64,000 nucleotides of DNA from Raillietiella orientalis (lineage: Eukaryota). The position numbers and the translations under genes were made by a program. A model generated the notes under the pieces. The model searched no databases. It was not told the DNA's origin and saw only the letters and a program-made list of their open reading frames with translations. This document shows, piece by piece, positions 50,851 to 64,000 of the stretch. The stretch lies in contig JAYWIR010000027.1 in assembly GCA_036172245.1 (NCBI GenBank), positions 2,790,001 to 2,854,000 on the forward strand, read 5' to 3'. Positions within the stretch are counted from its first letter, which is position 1. The number at the start of each line of letters is the position of its first letter.

Positions 50851-52989
50851 AGTCACCGCGCGCACACTCGGAAGGCGCAGCAGTTGCCTTGTGAGCCACC
50901 ATGTGGAAGCACCGTCGAGCCTCTCCGATGCCCAACTAAAAGGGCGAACGGTTCTACGGTACTCCTTGAGGACCAAAAGAGAAGACACTCCCTCTCCCGC
51001 CTTCCACCCCACCCCACAAAGCTGGAAGGACAGCAACGAAACGGGAGAACAAACCTACCCCCAAAAAAACCGGGGAGTCCCTACGGAGAGGATAAGAGAT
51101 CGTCGGAATCAGCCGAGTTTCCCGGACCTTGGGATGAAGCTGGCAGTCCCCTCTCCCCACTCTCTCCTCCCCCACGTATGGTGCACCCCGGAAGCGACCT
51201 TCCTAAGAGGTGGACGGTTCTTGAGATCTTAGCGGACCCCAAAGGGGGTCCGATAATATCACCCCACTCCAGAGCAGTCATCTTCTCTGGGGTGTCCCTA
51301 CTAGCCTTTTTTCAAAAAAAAAATAGGCAATCCAGCGGGGGCGCCGCGACGGCACTCTCTTGCGAGGAGTCGGCGGACGTCTCGGTTGACCCCTCCAACG
51401 GCGGAAAGCGCGTCGCGACCAGCGGCGGCTGCGACGAGCCGTCAGTCCGTGCGTGACGAAACGTGGCCGGCCGAAGCCGAGCGCGCTCGTTGTCAGCCGG
51501 TAGAGCCGGGGATCTTGGAGACGCCCCTTAGTTTCCGAAGAGAGCCGTCGAACCGCTTCCCCTCATTCGGATGGACCCGCCCCTCCGCGCGGTCTCTGCG
51601 CGCGGGCTGCTGCCCCATCGGCGCGACCGTGAAGGTGGCGCTCACGTGAAAGCCAACGCCGCGGTCGCGGCTCGCGCAGGTAGCGCTCCCCGCCCGCGGC
51701 GTCAGCCCCCCGTTAGGAGCCGCCGGCGCGCAGCCGGAACCTCCTCCTCTCCCGTTCGAAGGGGGACCTCACCGCGCTGACCGGAGGCGCACTTGTTCGA
51801 CGGAGCTTCGCGCCAGAGGAGGAGCGAGAGGAAGGTGGGAAGGAGGGAGATGGGGGGGGGGGGGAAGGAAGGGGAGGTGACACACACACACACACACACG
51901 GAATGGCCGACCTTTCGCTGCTGGGGACCTTCCCTTCCCCGGCCCCGGAAATTGGAATCGCCTTTCGCGTATGCGCGGCTCCGTTTCCGTGCGCGCGCGG
52001 GCTCGCTGGACCGGAACTGCCAATCCTTTGTTGAGCGGATTCGGGCAAGAAGGCTGCTGTTTCTTTAAGAGAGGACGACGTTTCTCCGAGCCCCCGCAGG
52101 TGAATGATTGCTCCAAAGTGGTGGAGAGGGGGACAGGGGGGCTTTTTTTCGTCTTTTTCCCACCTCCGCTACTCCTCCTCTCCTTTCCCTCTCTCTCCTT
52201 CCACCAGTTCCCGATAACCCGTCGTGCTGCTTCCATAATGAGCCTTCGTTCCTATTCTTTGCAACACTTTATCCATCTCTCGAAGTGCTTCCTGAGACTG
52301 GATGGGACCTGAATTTTTCATCTCAGCTTGATTTTCACAGTTTACGTTATTTTCGATCTTTCAGATTCCATTTGCGTTTCCTAATGCGCCCATATCATTT
52401 ATCAACAGCATCCATATATTACGTCGCTATGGCACCCATCCGACGTATCCGTCACTCCACCCATCATTCCCGCCGTACGATGAAACAGCTTTGCATATCT
52501 CTGCCAAAAAAAAAAAGAAAAAAGAGAAAAGAAAATGCAACTGCTGCTTCGTCAGTTCTCTCCCGGTCCATTAGATGCAACGATCCTCTCATGCATAACC
52601 GGCCGAGTCAAAGAGACCCCGTCGATCACGAGAAGATCGAAGAACCGTTCGGATGCTCATCAGCGCCGCCGTTCGGGCCGGAGCTCCCGGATCAGCGTTA
52701 CGGTTCAGCCGAGTCCCAGCTGCACGGGGAGGGGAACGGCACGAAGAACGGAGGCGGCGCGCGTGGCTGTTGTCTTCAGAGGTCCCGGCGAACTCCGCGC
52801 GGTGGCGGCTCAGGCGTACGGACCGTCCGATCCCTCGATCGTTAATTCGATCGAGGGATCGGACGGACCTGAACTTGCCGGACGATCCGCAGAGGTCCCT
52901 GGCAAGGGAATCCCCCCTCGTTTCTGCCCCTGAAGACAATCCCATTCAGGGAAACGCTTCCGCATTTCCCTGAATGGTGCTCCTCGAAG

Positions 52990-53320
52990 GGAGCAGCGCG
53001 CTTCTTGACACTCTGGAGAAGCAACCCCCGAGGGGGATACCAGCCAGCTCCATGGCAACGGCTCCATTTGCACCTCTGGAGGGGAACCCAGAAGGACTCC
53101 TCGATGTCCTGAAGGGCCCCAGAGGATCGACTTCCAATCCCGGACTGTCAATGGGGTATCTGATTTCCACCGGTGCCTCACTCGAAGCCCTTGGGTCAGC
53201 CAGTGTCGTCCCGCTGGGAGAAACTCGAAATCCATGACTCACTCCATCCCCATTTCTCGGCTTCACCCTTCCCCGGGAGGGATTCGAACTCGCAGCGCTT
53301 GATGCCACGCCCGACGCAGG
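52990..53320 (-). mobile_element. Diverged repeat, copy 2 (inverted) of the SINE-like family
   Basis: Reverse complement reads gcgtggcatcaagcgctgcGAGTTCGAATCCCtcccggggaag, matching 54117-54160; similarity continues to cttctccagagtgtc, shared with copy 1. Confidence 0.6.
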
Positions 53321-54069
53321 CATTGGTGATTCCAGGGAAACCTGATTGTGCAACCGCTGCTGGAGTCCTGCTTCCCGTTTTTGGATAACCGCGACGCTCC
53401 AGTTCTCAGCTGCGTTGGCGCAGCTGACTTCACCTTCGAAAGGGACGTAAACGGAGAGCGTCTCCATGCGAAACGGGGAGTGAGAAGAGGGGAGGAGGAG
53501 GAGGAAGAAGAAAGGAAGAGGAGGAGGTGGAAGGGAGGAGGAAATGCAGTCAGCGCCGTCTGCGTGAGCTGCACGAACCACACCTCTTTCGCGCACTCCT
53601 CGCGAGCTCCTCCTCTCGCCGTCAACGGTTCCACTTACAGTCCTCCATACTTGAACGTGTAGGTAGACGGGAGAGCACCCTTTCGGCAAGCGAGGCAAGT
53701 AGGAGCTTGAGGAAGTCCAGAAGAAATCGGCAAGGTGAGACAGTTCGTTTGAAGCCTGCGGCGTACAAGGCGCGGAAGCGGCCACAGAGGTATGAGCAGA
53801 GAGGAAAAAACAAGAAAGAAAGAAGAAAAAAAACAGAGGAGAAGAGCAAAAAAAAGTTAGTTATTCGGAACCCGAATTCGCTCACACGTCTCCTTACAGC
53901 TGCCCCTGCTTCAAGAATTTGTCGTTCTCGCAACGGACAGGGAGCAAAGTGCTTCTTGAAACGAAGCAATCCGTTTCGTGGCAACGCTGGTGAACCGTGA
54001 GCTGACCTAGGAGAGCCCTTTGACTCCAAGCTTTAGCATCTTGGATTGCCCTCGTGGTTTTGCTGCGCT

Positions 54070-54710
54070 TCCCCGATACTCGCGGCGTCGAAACCGCCCG
54101 CGTTGGCGGCGACCGCGCGTAGTGTCAAGCATCGCGGGTTCGAATCCCACCCGGGGAAGAACCGAAGCCAGCAGTGGACGGTGCGTCGTGGGTTTCGAGT
54201 TCCCCCCGCAGAATGACGCTGGTTGGCCTATTCCTGCGCCGTGGCACTGGAGGAAGCCGGCAACCCCCGGGTGTCCCCGTTGGCTGGCCGGGACTGGGAG
54301 TTGACCCTCCGGGGTCCTTCCAGGAATCAAGTAGCCCTTCGGAGCTGTTCCCCACCTGTTGTGAAAAGGGAGCCGTCCCCTCCCTCGGGATGGGGGACCC
54401 TCTATGGGGGTACCATGGAGCCGGCTGACCGACACCCCTCCACAGGGTCAGAGCTCTGTTCCCTTCGGGGAACGACCCTTCAAAGAAATGGGGAGTTGTC
54501 CTCTTCAGACGAGGAAACAGGGAGCTATACCCTTGAGGGCTCCCTTTGGAGAAGGACATTCCAGGGGCGTCTTCCCGGGGGGTCCCTGCGGAGGGAACAA
54601 GGAAGAGGTGGGGTTCCCCTACCAAGCGTAAGAGAGGAACGGACTCCATTCTCCGGACCCTTCCTGGATTCACAGGGTGGTCCTCTCCCTGGGTCACCAC
54701 GATCTTTAAG
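54070..54710 (+). mobile_element. Diverged repeat, copy 3 of the SINE-like family, with tRNA-like B box
   Basis: GCGGGTTCGAATCCC (T-arm/B-box-like) at ~54134-54148, followed by a body homologous to copies 1 and 2; no complete cloverleaf. Confidence 0.6.
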
Positions 54711-55627
54711 AATCGACACGCGTTGACGATTCAAAGAGCTTCGTGAGCCCCCTGGCAAACGGTTCTTCGCCACTAGGCGAACCGTAGTGTGCGGTCTCGG
54801 ACGGTCGTGGCTTCAGATGGTTGCAAGGGGACCTCGCGAGGAGAGACGTATGCAGTGCCAATATTTACGGCAGTGGCAGCGCCAGCCGTCTGCCCCTTCC
54901 CAAGCAGAACCGGACGTTGCGAACACCACCTCATCGGACGAGGAGAGCGGCGGGTTATTCTCAGCTCTCAAGAAGCCCCCAGGGGACGAAGGGGAACACG
55001 TTCGCGCTGCCTGCTGGCGCGGATGCGTTCCGTCGTGCGCGCCAGGTGTGCAGAATGACAAAGGCGACGACCTTCCTGTTCCGCTTGGTCGCGAGGCAAC
55101 CCTGTCCACCCACTCCCCTTTGAAATAGAATTTCCTTTGCCGGAACAACAGAGGAGCGGAAGCGAAGTCTGCGTGTTGGCCGGAAGTCGTAGCGGAGCTC
55201 TTCCCCTTCCCCTCTTTCCTCTTTCTCGAATGACCATCCGGCCAGGTGCTGCTTTCCGTTCCGGCAAAAAACCCGAATGCTGCTTGCCTTCTTCGATTCG
55301 GAGGCCTCCCGTTTTCCCGCCCGGTCACTCCGGGCCGTTCCTTTGATAAAAAAGGAAACCAGTCGAGAGCGCGCTGGTTTCTAGCCACGACAACAGAAGT
55401 TCAAAGGGGGAGGGGGTCCGACGGCACGCAGACCGGGACAATGGACAGTCCGGAATGGGGGAGGGGCAAGGGAAGAACTCAAACAAACAAAGTGGGTGGG
55501 TGGCTCCGTGCTCACCGCGATCAAAACAAAAAGCACCGGGGAAGTTACGGAACGAAACGCGGGTGGAGAATGAGAAAGAAAAAAATAAAGGGAGACAGAA
55601 GATAGAAGTCACCGGGGTCTGCCGTTC

Positions 55628-58600
55628 TTAGTTCTCCTCAAACCGGCGGTGGATGCCGGCAATCTCTGCCTTCGCTTCTTCGTTCAGATGAGGCCACCTC
55701 GCAGCCATCCTCATGTAGGCGGCTGCCTTCCCGGTGTCCTCCCTTTGCGTCGTCGTCGTCTCCAGCACATGGCGGGCCGTGACGATGGAGCGATGCAACC
55801 ACGTGGTTGCGACCACCGCCCCCGTTGAGAGTCCCCCGGCGTCGAAGAACCGTCGCAGCACATCTCGGGCGGTGTCCTCCCGGTGCAGGAGCGCTGACGC
55901 CAGCCTCCTCCGCAGTTTCTGGGGGAGCACCGCAGTCCAAAAGCAGGCGCTGCGGGATTGACTCCACCGACCCGCATCTGGCGCAGTTCGGGGATGCAAC
56001 CCCTGCGGAAACGAGGGTACCTGAGCTCGTTGCACCGCAATCTCCAGTGTTTCTACGATAGTGGGAACACGGAAGCGTCCAACCAATGGGGAGGGACCTC
56101 GAGTTCTTCGGGGATAGGACTCAACAGTTCGTTCCACCGAAGGAGTCCCGTTGCCACAGCACACGGAATGGTAGAGCCTCCGCCAGCCTACGCGTCTTCC
56201 AGCAGCCAAGGAGTTTCGTCCTTCCCGCGATGGTGCAAGGAAAATCTCACCACGCCGGTTGGCCGCTGTCGTCTCTTGCCCTGAGGGCAGACAGCGCTGC
56301 GGCGAGGGGTGTGGCAGGCAGGGTCGACCACTTTGCTTCGTCTTGCATCACCACGTCCAACGGTTGCAGTAGCAGGTGCCGCAAAGGTTGAAGATCTTGA
56401 GGGCGCATTCCCTGGAATGCAGCCAAGGCCTCCTGCAGCCAAGCATTGCAGTTCGTCAGGGGCAGAAAATCCAAGGCTGGGCTTCCATTGAGGAGGCGAG
56501 TTGCCTCCGCGGGAAGCTGAATCCCCGCATCCTGTAGTAGGTGCCTGGCAGCAAGGAGAGCAACCCTTCGCTGCCGGCGCGTCTCCGCAGGATGACGCGT
56601 GCAGGAGTACACATCAGGGAAGTCCACACCTTAATGCAGAGCTCCAGCTTTCGGAACTGCACTCGCAGCCCGATTGGCCCCAGCGTCAGGATACAAGGAG
56701 GCGTCCTGTTTGGGTGGGTAAGGGTGGGCTTTCCTGCCCAGTTCGCCGGGGCATCCGTCATAAAAATAACAGACGTCCACTTTTTTTTTCTTTCGGCGGA
56801 CTTCTCAGTGTGCAACCAGCACCATCGTCCTGAGCCGGTCTCACTGAACCCGGGGAGCTGTGGCAAGTGCGGGGAACGGAAATTCCAGCTTTTGCACCTG
56901 TTGGTAGACTGAGTTGTCCTCCGGCCCCTGTGGCTGCTCTATTCAACGGCCCTTGCTGCACTGACGGACAATCCCAGGGACATGATGAAGAGCCTCTTCG
57001 TTCGCGATACCTTTCGTTTGTCGCACCCTTAGCAGCTCTTTACTGCTGCCTACGCGGGATTGTGATGCCCTGGAGCGACGTCAGTGCAGGAGAGCTTCAC
57101 GATAGGGACGCCATCTGCTCCGCACTGCGCTTCCTACGGGCGGTAGCAGGATGGCCCTATCTGGGGCACACTCGATGGAACTTGCTGGCATCCTGGAAAG
57201 GATGCAAAGGACGCTCTCCAGCAACCAGTGATCCCTTCCCGAACCCTCCCAGTTTTTTTCATATATTTTTGTTGTTTTATTTTTAATTTTGTTTGTCCCC
57301 CCCTCCTGCCGTGGCGAACCTTGACGGCCTGCGTGCCGGTTACTCGGCAGGTTCCGAACTTTTTCGAACGATTGTAGGGCCGATGGCCCCACACCTGCTT
57401 GTTTATTTTTTTTATAGGAAAAGCCCCGGCGTGACCAGATGTTAAACCACCACGTCCTGAAAAAAGGAAACTTCAAACTCGCCGACTGTCTTCTGGCCCG
57501 GTTGCGCCGATCTTCCGGCACGCATAACGGCAGGCTTGCGTCGGCGGCGAAGGGGAGTCAAAGACCGGAAACAAAAAACAAACCCCCAAAAAAGAAAAGG
57601 GGAAGGGGAGGTTCTTTCGGGCAGGGGGCGGAGCAGATCGAGGAAGGGATCACGGTTCGTTTCAGCAGGTGGTGGTGACGACCTCCGCATCCCGTTCCGA
57701 CGACAGCATCTCCAGCGAGATCGCTGCGGATGCCGTCGTCGCCCGGACAGGGTCACCTCGGAGTGGCGGTCCTCAGGAAGATTCCCGACCAGCGCCCGAT
57801 GGCGCTCCCCTTGCTCCTCACAGCCTCTTCCTGCCGCTGCTCCCCCCCAGAGTATCCTCCTGAGGATGAACGGCACGCGTGGCGGCGAGGCACACGCAGT
57901 GATTCCTTCCCACCCTCCCGGCCGAACAAACCATCTTTTAACTTTCGCTTTCGTTTCGCAATTGAAAATGGTAGAACCACGTGTTCCACCACTACGACGT
58001 GTTCTCATTCTATTTTTATAATAAATGCCCCCGGGCAAATCCGGGTTGAAAGCCACGTCCAGGATCCGTGAAACCTGCCGAACACCGGTGCGAGGGCCGG
58101 CCGGGAATGCTTCGGGGGGAGGGAGGGTCCTCATCCCTGCTCGCTGCCAGGCGTCCTCCGCATCCTGTCTGGGATGCCGGCAAGTTCCATCCGTGTCTTG
58201 CCCAAGTGATGCCACCTCGCGGCGGTCCTCAGGAAGATTCCCGACCAGCAGATGGCGCTCCTACCATCCCGGCCTCTTCCTGCCGTTATTCGAGGCTGCT
58301 GCCATCCCGGCAAAGGCAATGGAGGAACCACGAGGGATGCGGCTAGCGGCAGGGCGGCACGCATCAAAGACCCTGCGTTTCCAAATGTCCCCGGGCCGCC
58401 CACCGGGATTCGAAGGGTCGTCTCCGGACGATCCCAGAAGGGGCTGGGCTGGCATCACAACCTACAGGCAGGTGCGGGAGGGTCCCTCCTTTCCCGAGTC
58501 CACACTCCCCAGTGGCGGAGGCGCGCTTTGCATTGGGGATCCTCCGCTGCAAGAGCAGTAGCGCCAACTCCTGCTGCTCCAGGGAAGGGTCTAGCTGACC

Positions 58601-58800
58601 GTGCAGATGGAGGGCAGCGCCATATCTCCTAGAGGGACCATATCTGCCTTGAGAAGCCGGACTCAAGGTATCAATCTTCAGGTGGGACGCTGGTCTTGCC
58701 AGGCTGAACGAAAGGCTGCCTCCTGGGTGGCCGTGGAGTTGCGGTGGAGCCAGGTCGCGTTGACGACGACTGGTGTAGATCGTCGTCTCAGCTGCCGTAC
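55628..58800. pseudogene. Cluster of decayed copies of an unidentified ORF in both orientations
   Basis: Shared peptides: YMRMAARWPHLNEEAKAEIAGI (-, ~55650-55720), FLRAVAGWPYLGHT/MELAGI (+, ~57130-57190), FLRTAARWHHLGKTRMELAGI (-, ~58170-58235), partial copy at 57700-57850; VVATTWLHRS (~55790-55816) vs VVNATWLHRN (~58738-58767). Confidence 0.55.
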
Positions 58801-59982
58801 CTGCCGGAAAGGAGAAGGGAAGGAACCAAAGGCGACCTTGTCACCAAGGCATTTCGCGACCGACACGACCGGAGGCGGTCCGATGGGAGGGACTTTGCGA
58901 AGCGAAAGTCGGGAGCGGTTCAGTACACTGTCGGATGCTGGGCGCGTGGCAATGCCTCCCGCCCACCCGCTGAGAGCGGGGGTCTCTAAGCTCGCCTGAA
59001 AGTCCACCCTTCTCCCCTGCTGAAAGGAGGGAGGAGCCATGTGGACTGCAAACGGGAAGCCGTTGCCGGCCCAGGGAAGAGGAGCATCGTCGGCAGAGGT
59101 TGCCTTGGCTACTACGATTGTCCGGCACTCCACGGACGGGCTCTGCCGGCGCGGCCAGTTGTCTCGCGTGCAAAAGGGTAGGTGGCGCTTCTTGCTACCG
59201 GGGTCCCGAGGGTTGGCCAAGTCTGCAGCAACAGCCCCCGAGGAAGGATATTGTGTGGTCCTCCAGACGAGCGGATAACTTGTTCCCTCCCCCCTCCTTC
59301 CCTGGAGCGTGGTCAGGAATGGGGAGAATGCGACCCCGGGGTAGGGTGAGGGAGACGCCCTCCCATGCCCACGCATCTGGTTCGCTCTTAGAGAGAAAGG
59401 GGGAGTCCACCTCCGGGTGCTGCTGCCATCTGGCGCCGCCCGGTTGAATTCTCAGCGCAGGGGATGGACAGTGCCCGAAAAAGAGGTGGTATGGGTGGGG
59501 CATCTCGGCCCGCCACCTCCTCGCACGAACTCGGAATCCCAGCCAGGGACCTCCTCTGCTCCCGAGCATCCATCCTCGGGAGGTCAACCGCACCCCTCGC
59601 CCGAGGCTTCGTAATCTGGTCGCTCCCGGTCTGATGGGAGTGCTACGGAAGATGGGGTCCCTGTAACTGCACTTCCGAGCTGGCGGCCGCCCCGAAGCGC
59701 CAATCGCCCGCGTTCGGGCCGTTCGAGAAGGGTAGGAGACCTCGCGGAGGTCGGCGTTCCCCCTCCCCTTTCCTCCAAAGGCGCGCCCAACCCCTTTCTC
59801 CTCCTTCGGGATTCCGTCGACACTCACAACCAGGTTAGAAAGGGACCGGCTCTCTCCTGCCCGCTCGCTGCTGCTGCTGCACCGAGGGTCACAGAGCTGG
59901 GGAGAGTGCAAGAGCGATGCGACGGAAGTTGCGAGGCGGCGCCGTCCTCCAGCGTGGTTGCCGGACCCCGGCGTCTATCCAG

Positions 59983-61560
<1,578 letters not shown>

Positions 61561-62391
61561 GTCCTGAAGCGGCGGCGCGCCATCTCTGGCAGCGGGCATG
61601 GAGCGATGTCTTCATTGGTACTCGTCCAGGTTGGTTCCTTCGGTAAACGAACGGGAAGCATTCCCTGCCCTTCTCCCTTATCCTTCCTCGATGTTTCGCA
61701 TTGCCTACGCTTATTCTAGGCTTCTGCTCTCCGGTGTTTCGTGTCATCAGTGCCAGAGGAAGAGACAAATCTGCTGTCACGGCAACGGAATGCTGTCTTT
61801 GCCATAAGAATAACAGCACAAAGAGATTGATCGCATCTTCCTTTCCCTTCCTTCCTTCCTTCTTTTTTTTTCTTTTTCTTTTTTTCCTTTTTTTTTTACG
61901 CGGAGAGGAGCGCCGGTGTCGTTTTTCCATAAAAACAGGCGCCGCTTACAATCGGACGGCAGCGTCCAGTAAGCTCGGCTTCGCGTTCGCTCGGCTTCCG
62001 CCGCAGCAGCACCTTCGGGAGGTTTATCGCGCGTAGCAAAGGGAGGGATGTCCGAAGCACAGCCTCCCCCCCCCCCCCCCTCTTCCAAACGTGGCGCCCG
62101 CGGTGTGCGTTGCTGCTGCTGCTGCTGCATCCGTCCGTTTCCGCCGGCGGGGCCGCTCACCCGGATCGGACCGAGGCTGCGAGGTCGACGCGGAACGCTC
62201 CTGCGCCCACCGATTCGAGGTGCGCGCGGGGGAGAGCGGAGGGGGAAGGAAGCGCGCGGCTGCATGAGATACCGCGGGCTCCACACTCGCGCGCGCACGC
62301 GGCGACCTACCTACTTACTAACCCACATCGGGCGTGCGAAAAGCGGCCAAGAGCGATATGATCCCACGTGCGGCAAGAAATTAGTTCGGTC

Positions 62392-62448
62392 ATGTCGGAG
62401 AGCAGGCGGGCCGGTGCTGCCTCCTCCGCCTGCGTTCCGTCGTCGCGA

Positions 62449-62479
<31 letters not shown>

Positions 62480-63037
62480 ACGCCTACTGCGAGCGAGCGA
62501 TCAGTCCACGCACGATGCGCGAACCGGCGGCGTCAAGCGGCGGCGGTCCGGACGAAACGTCGACGGCAAGCCAGACGAACTCGTGCGACGGTGATTGCCC
62601 GCGTCCGAGGGCAGGGAGCACGGGCCCGCCCAGCCCCAGGAGCAGCAGCAGCGAAACCACCACCGTGGGCATCGTCATCAACCCGACCACCGGAGGGGAG
62701 CTGCGGTTGAGGATGTGCCCGCAGGATTCGATCAAGAGCCTCAGGAAACTCGTCTCCAAGGAGCTGAAGATCCCCAAGGAGAAGATCTGCCTGCTGTTCA
62801 AAAATCGGTGCGTTTTCACGTTTTCTTTTTTTTGACGTGGATCCCGCGCAGGTGGGCGGGACGGAGGGATCGCATCCAGTTGCTGTGCACCACGAACGCC
62901 TTCCGGGCGCCTCGCGATCTTAACCGAAATCCCTTTGCTGTGTTTCCAGGCACTTGCGCGAGGGAACGCTCGAAGACAACTGCCTGACCGATGGGTGCCA
63001 CCTGACGCTGCTTCCCAGCATCGAAACGGGCTTAACG
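62392..63037 (+). CDS. MIDN: Midnolin (stuxnet-like), N-terminal Ubl domain, 3'-partial. Exons 62392-62807 and 62950-63037
   Basis: IVINPTTGGELRLRMCPQDSIKSLRKLVSKELKIPKEKICLLFKNR/HLREGTLEDNCLTDGCHLTLLPSIETGLT matches the midnolin Ubl pattern (TTG..., KVPKE..LL, DG..LTL.P..E.GL); GT-AG intron; later exons not seen in the window. Confidence 0.88.
62449..62478 (+). repeat. (GCC)n trinucleotide run encoding poly-Ala in midnolin
   Basis: About 10 consecutive gcc units inside the midnolin ORF. Confidence 0.85.
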
Positions 63038-64000
63038 GTGAGTGCGCTCCTGCGGGACGAGTTTGTCCGGTTCACCCCTTCGGACCTTTTTATTTTTTTT
63101 AATTTTTCCCCCTATTTTCCTCTCCGACCGAAGAAGAACCAGGCACCCCTGACGCGCGCGCGCGTTTCGTCCGCAGGCTGGCTTCGTGAGCAGATGGAAG
63201 AACGGTACCCTAGAAATCCGCGTCGCGATGTGCACACGCACACAAAGGAACGGGAGATCGGATCTCGGCAATAAATCAATCCCTGCGCCAGCATCTTTTT
63301 TTCCGGAAAAACCCTGCAAAACGTCTCATTAGTGCTGTGTGTGTGTGTGTGTTTTCCTTCTTTCCTCCCCCCCCTCGGTGACGTAACAATCGGGAATGTT
63401 TGCTGGAACAATCGGAGACGGATTTTCCCGCCCTCTCGGAGAGGCGACCGCCGCGTAGGGCGAGGAGGCACTCGGAAGGGCAAAAACGGAAAGTGCCGCT
63501 CTCGCGAACGGATGCTGAAGCCGCTGTAATTTAATCCTGTTAGCGTTAATAACCCAAAACGGCGCCGAGGGAAAGCGAGTTTCGCAGGCGAAATTGTCAA
63601 GTGGTCAATTCCTCCCCCCCTCCCCCTTTTTTTTTCTCTTTTTTTTTTTTTTGAAAGCACGATTTCCTCCTTCGAGATTGAATCATTTTTTTTCTTTTTT
63701 GGTTGAGTGGGAACCGTGCGTGCCGAGGATATGCGGAAGAAAAAGTTCGGGGGCTGTGGTTGGACTTTCCTTTCGCGAAAAGGGAAGCAAACCCAAGATG
63801 GAAGGATAAGGAATGGGTCAGTATCAGATCCCACCGTCCTCCTCTGGAGCCCCGCACTTTTTGCCGTCGATGGCTTCCCCCCGGAGCGTCTGATGCCGGG
63901 TAGTAGCTGACCCCCTCTTTCCAGAGAGTTCACCTCTTGAGTTCCGTCGAAATGTCGGGAAGCGAGGCAGACAGCAGCCCACTTCTTATTTACGCGCAGG

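Noticed and set aside
54100..54160. Possible tRNA gene (GGTTCGAATCCC)
   Set aside because: Only a T-arm-like motif; no acceptor stem, D-arm or anticodon arm could be built, and it is part of a longer repeat.
57765..58255. LVGNLPED resembling an RRM RNP2 motif (twice)
   Set aside because: No RNP1 follows; the frame shared with the other copies is the FLRTAARW frame.

Overview
Eukaryotic, most likely arthropod, genomic DNA with very short introns (often 41-54 nt) and sharp alternation of GC-rich (~2.4-16.1 kb, ~39-63 kb) and AT-rich (~16.2-31.6 kb) domains. Hand-spliced genes: RPB8/POLR2H (first coding exon not found), HscB/HSC20, ACOT13, CCDC25, MPND, a protein with two flightin/miniparamyosin WYR-like repeats, a disrupted ACAP (centaurin-beta) copy and the 5' end of midnolin. 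The last RPB8 intron hosts mir-317 and mir-34, but the usual third cluster member mir-277 was not found. The most notable arrangement is ACOT13-HscB: on the same strand with no spacer, the ACOT13 TGA overlaps an in-frame HscB ATG (ATGA), implying either a coupled dicistronic mRNA or ACOT13 nested inside a same-strand HscB intron. The 50-61.5 kb region holds three copies of a tRNA-like-headed repeat, nested perfect hairpins, several decayed copies of an unidentified ORF in both orientations, and the ACAP pseudogene. Family assignments come from remembered sequences, not database searches. Most long ORFs in the GC-rich domains look spurious.
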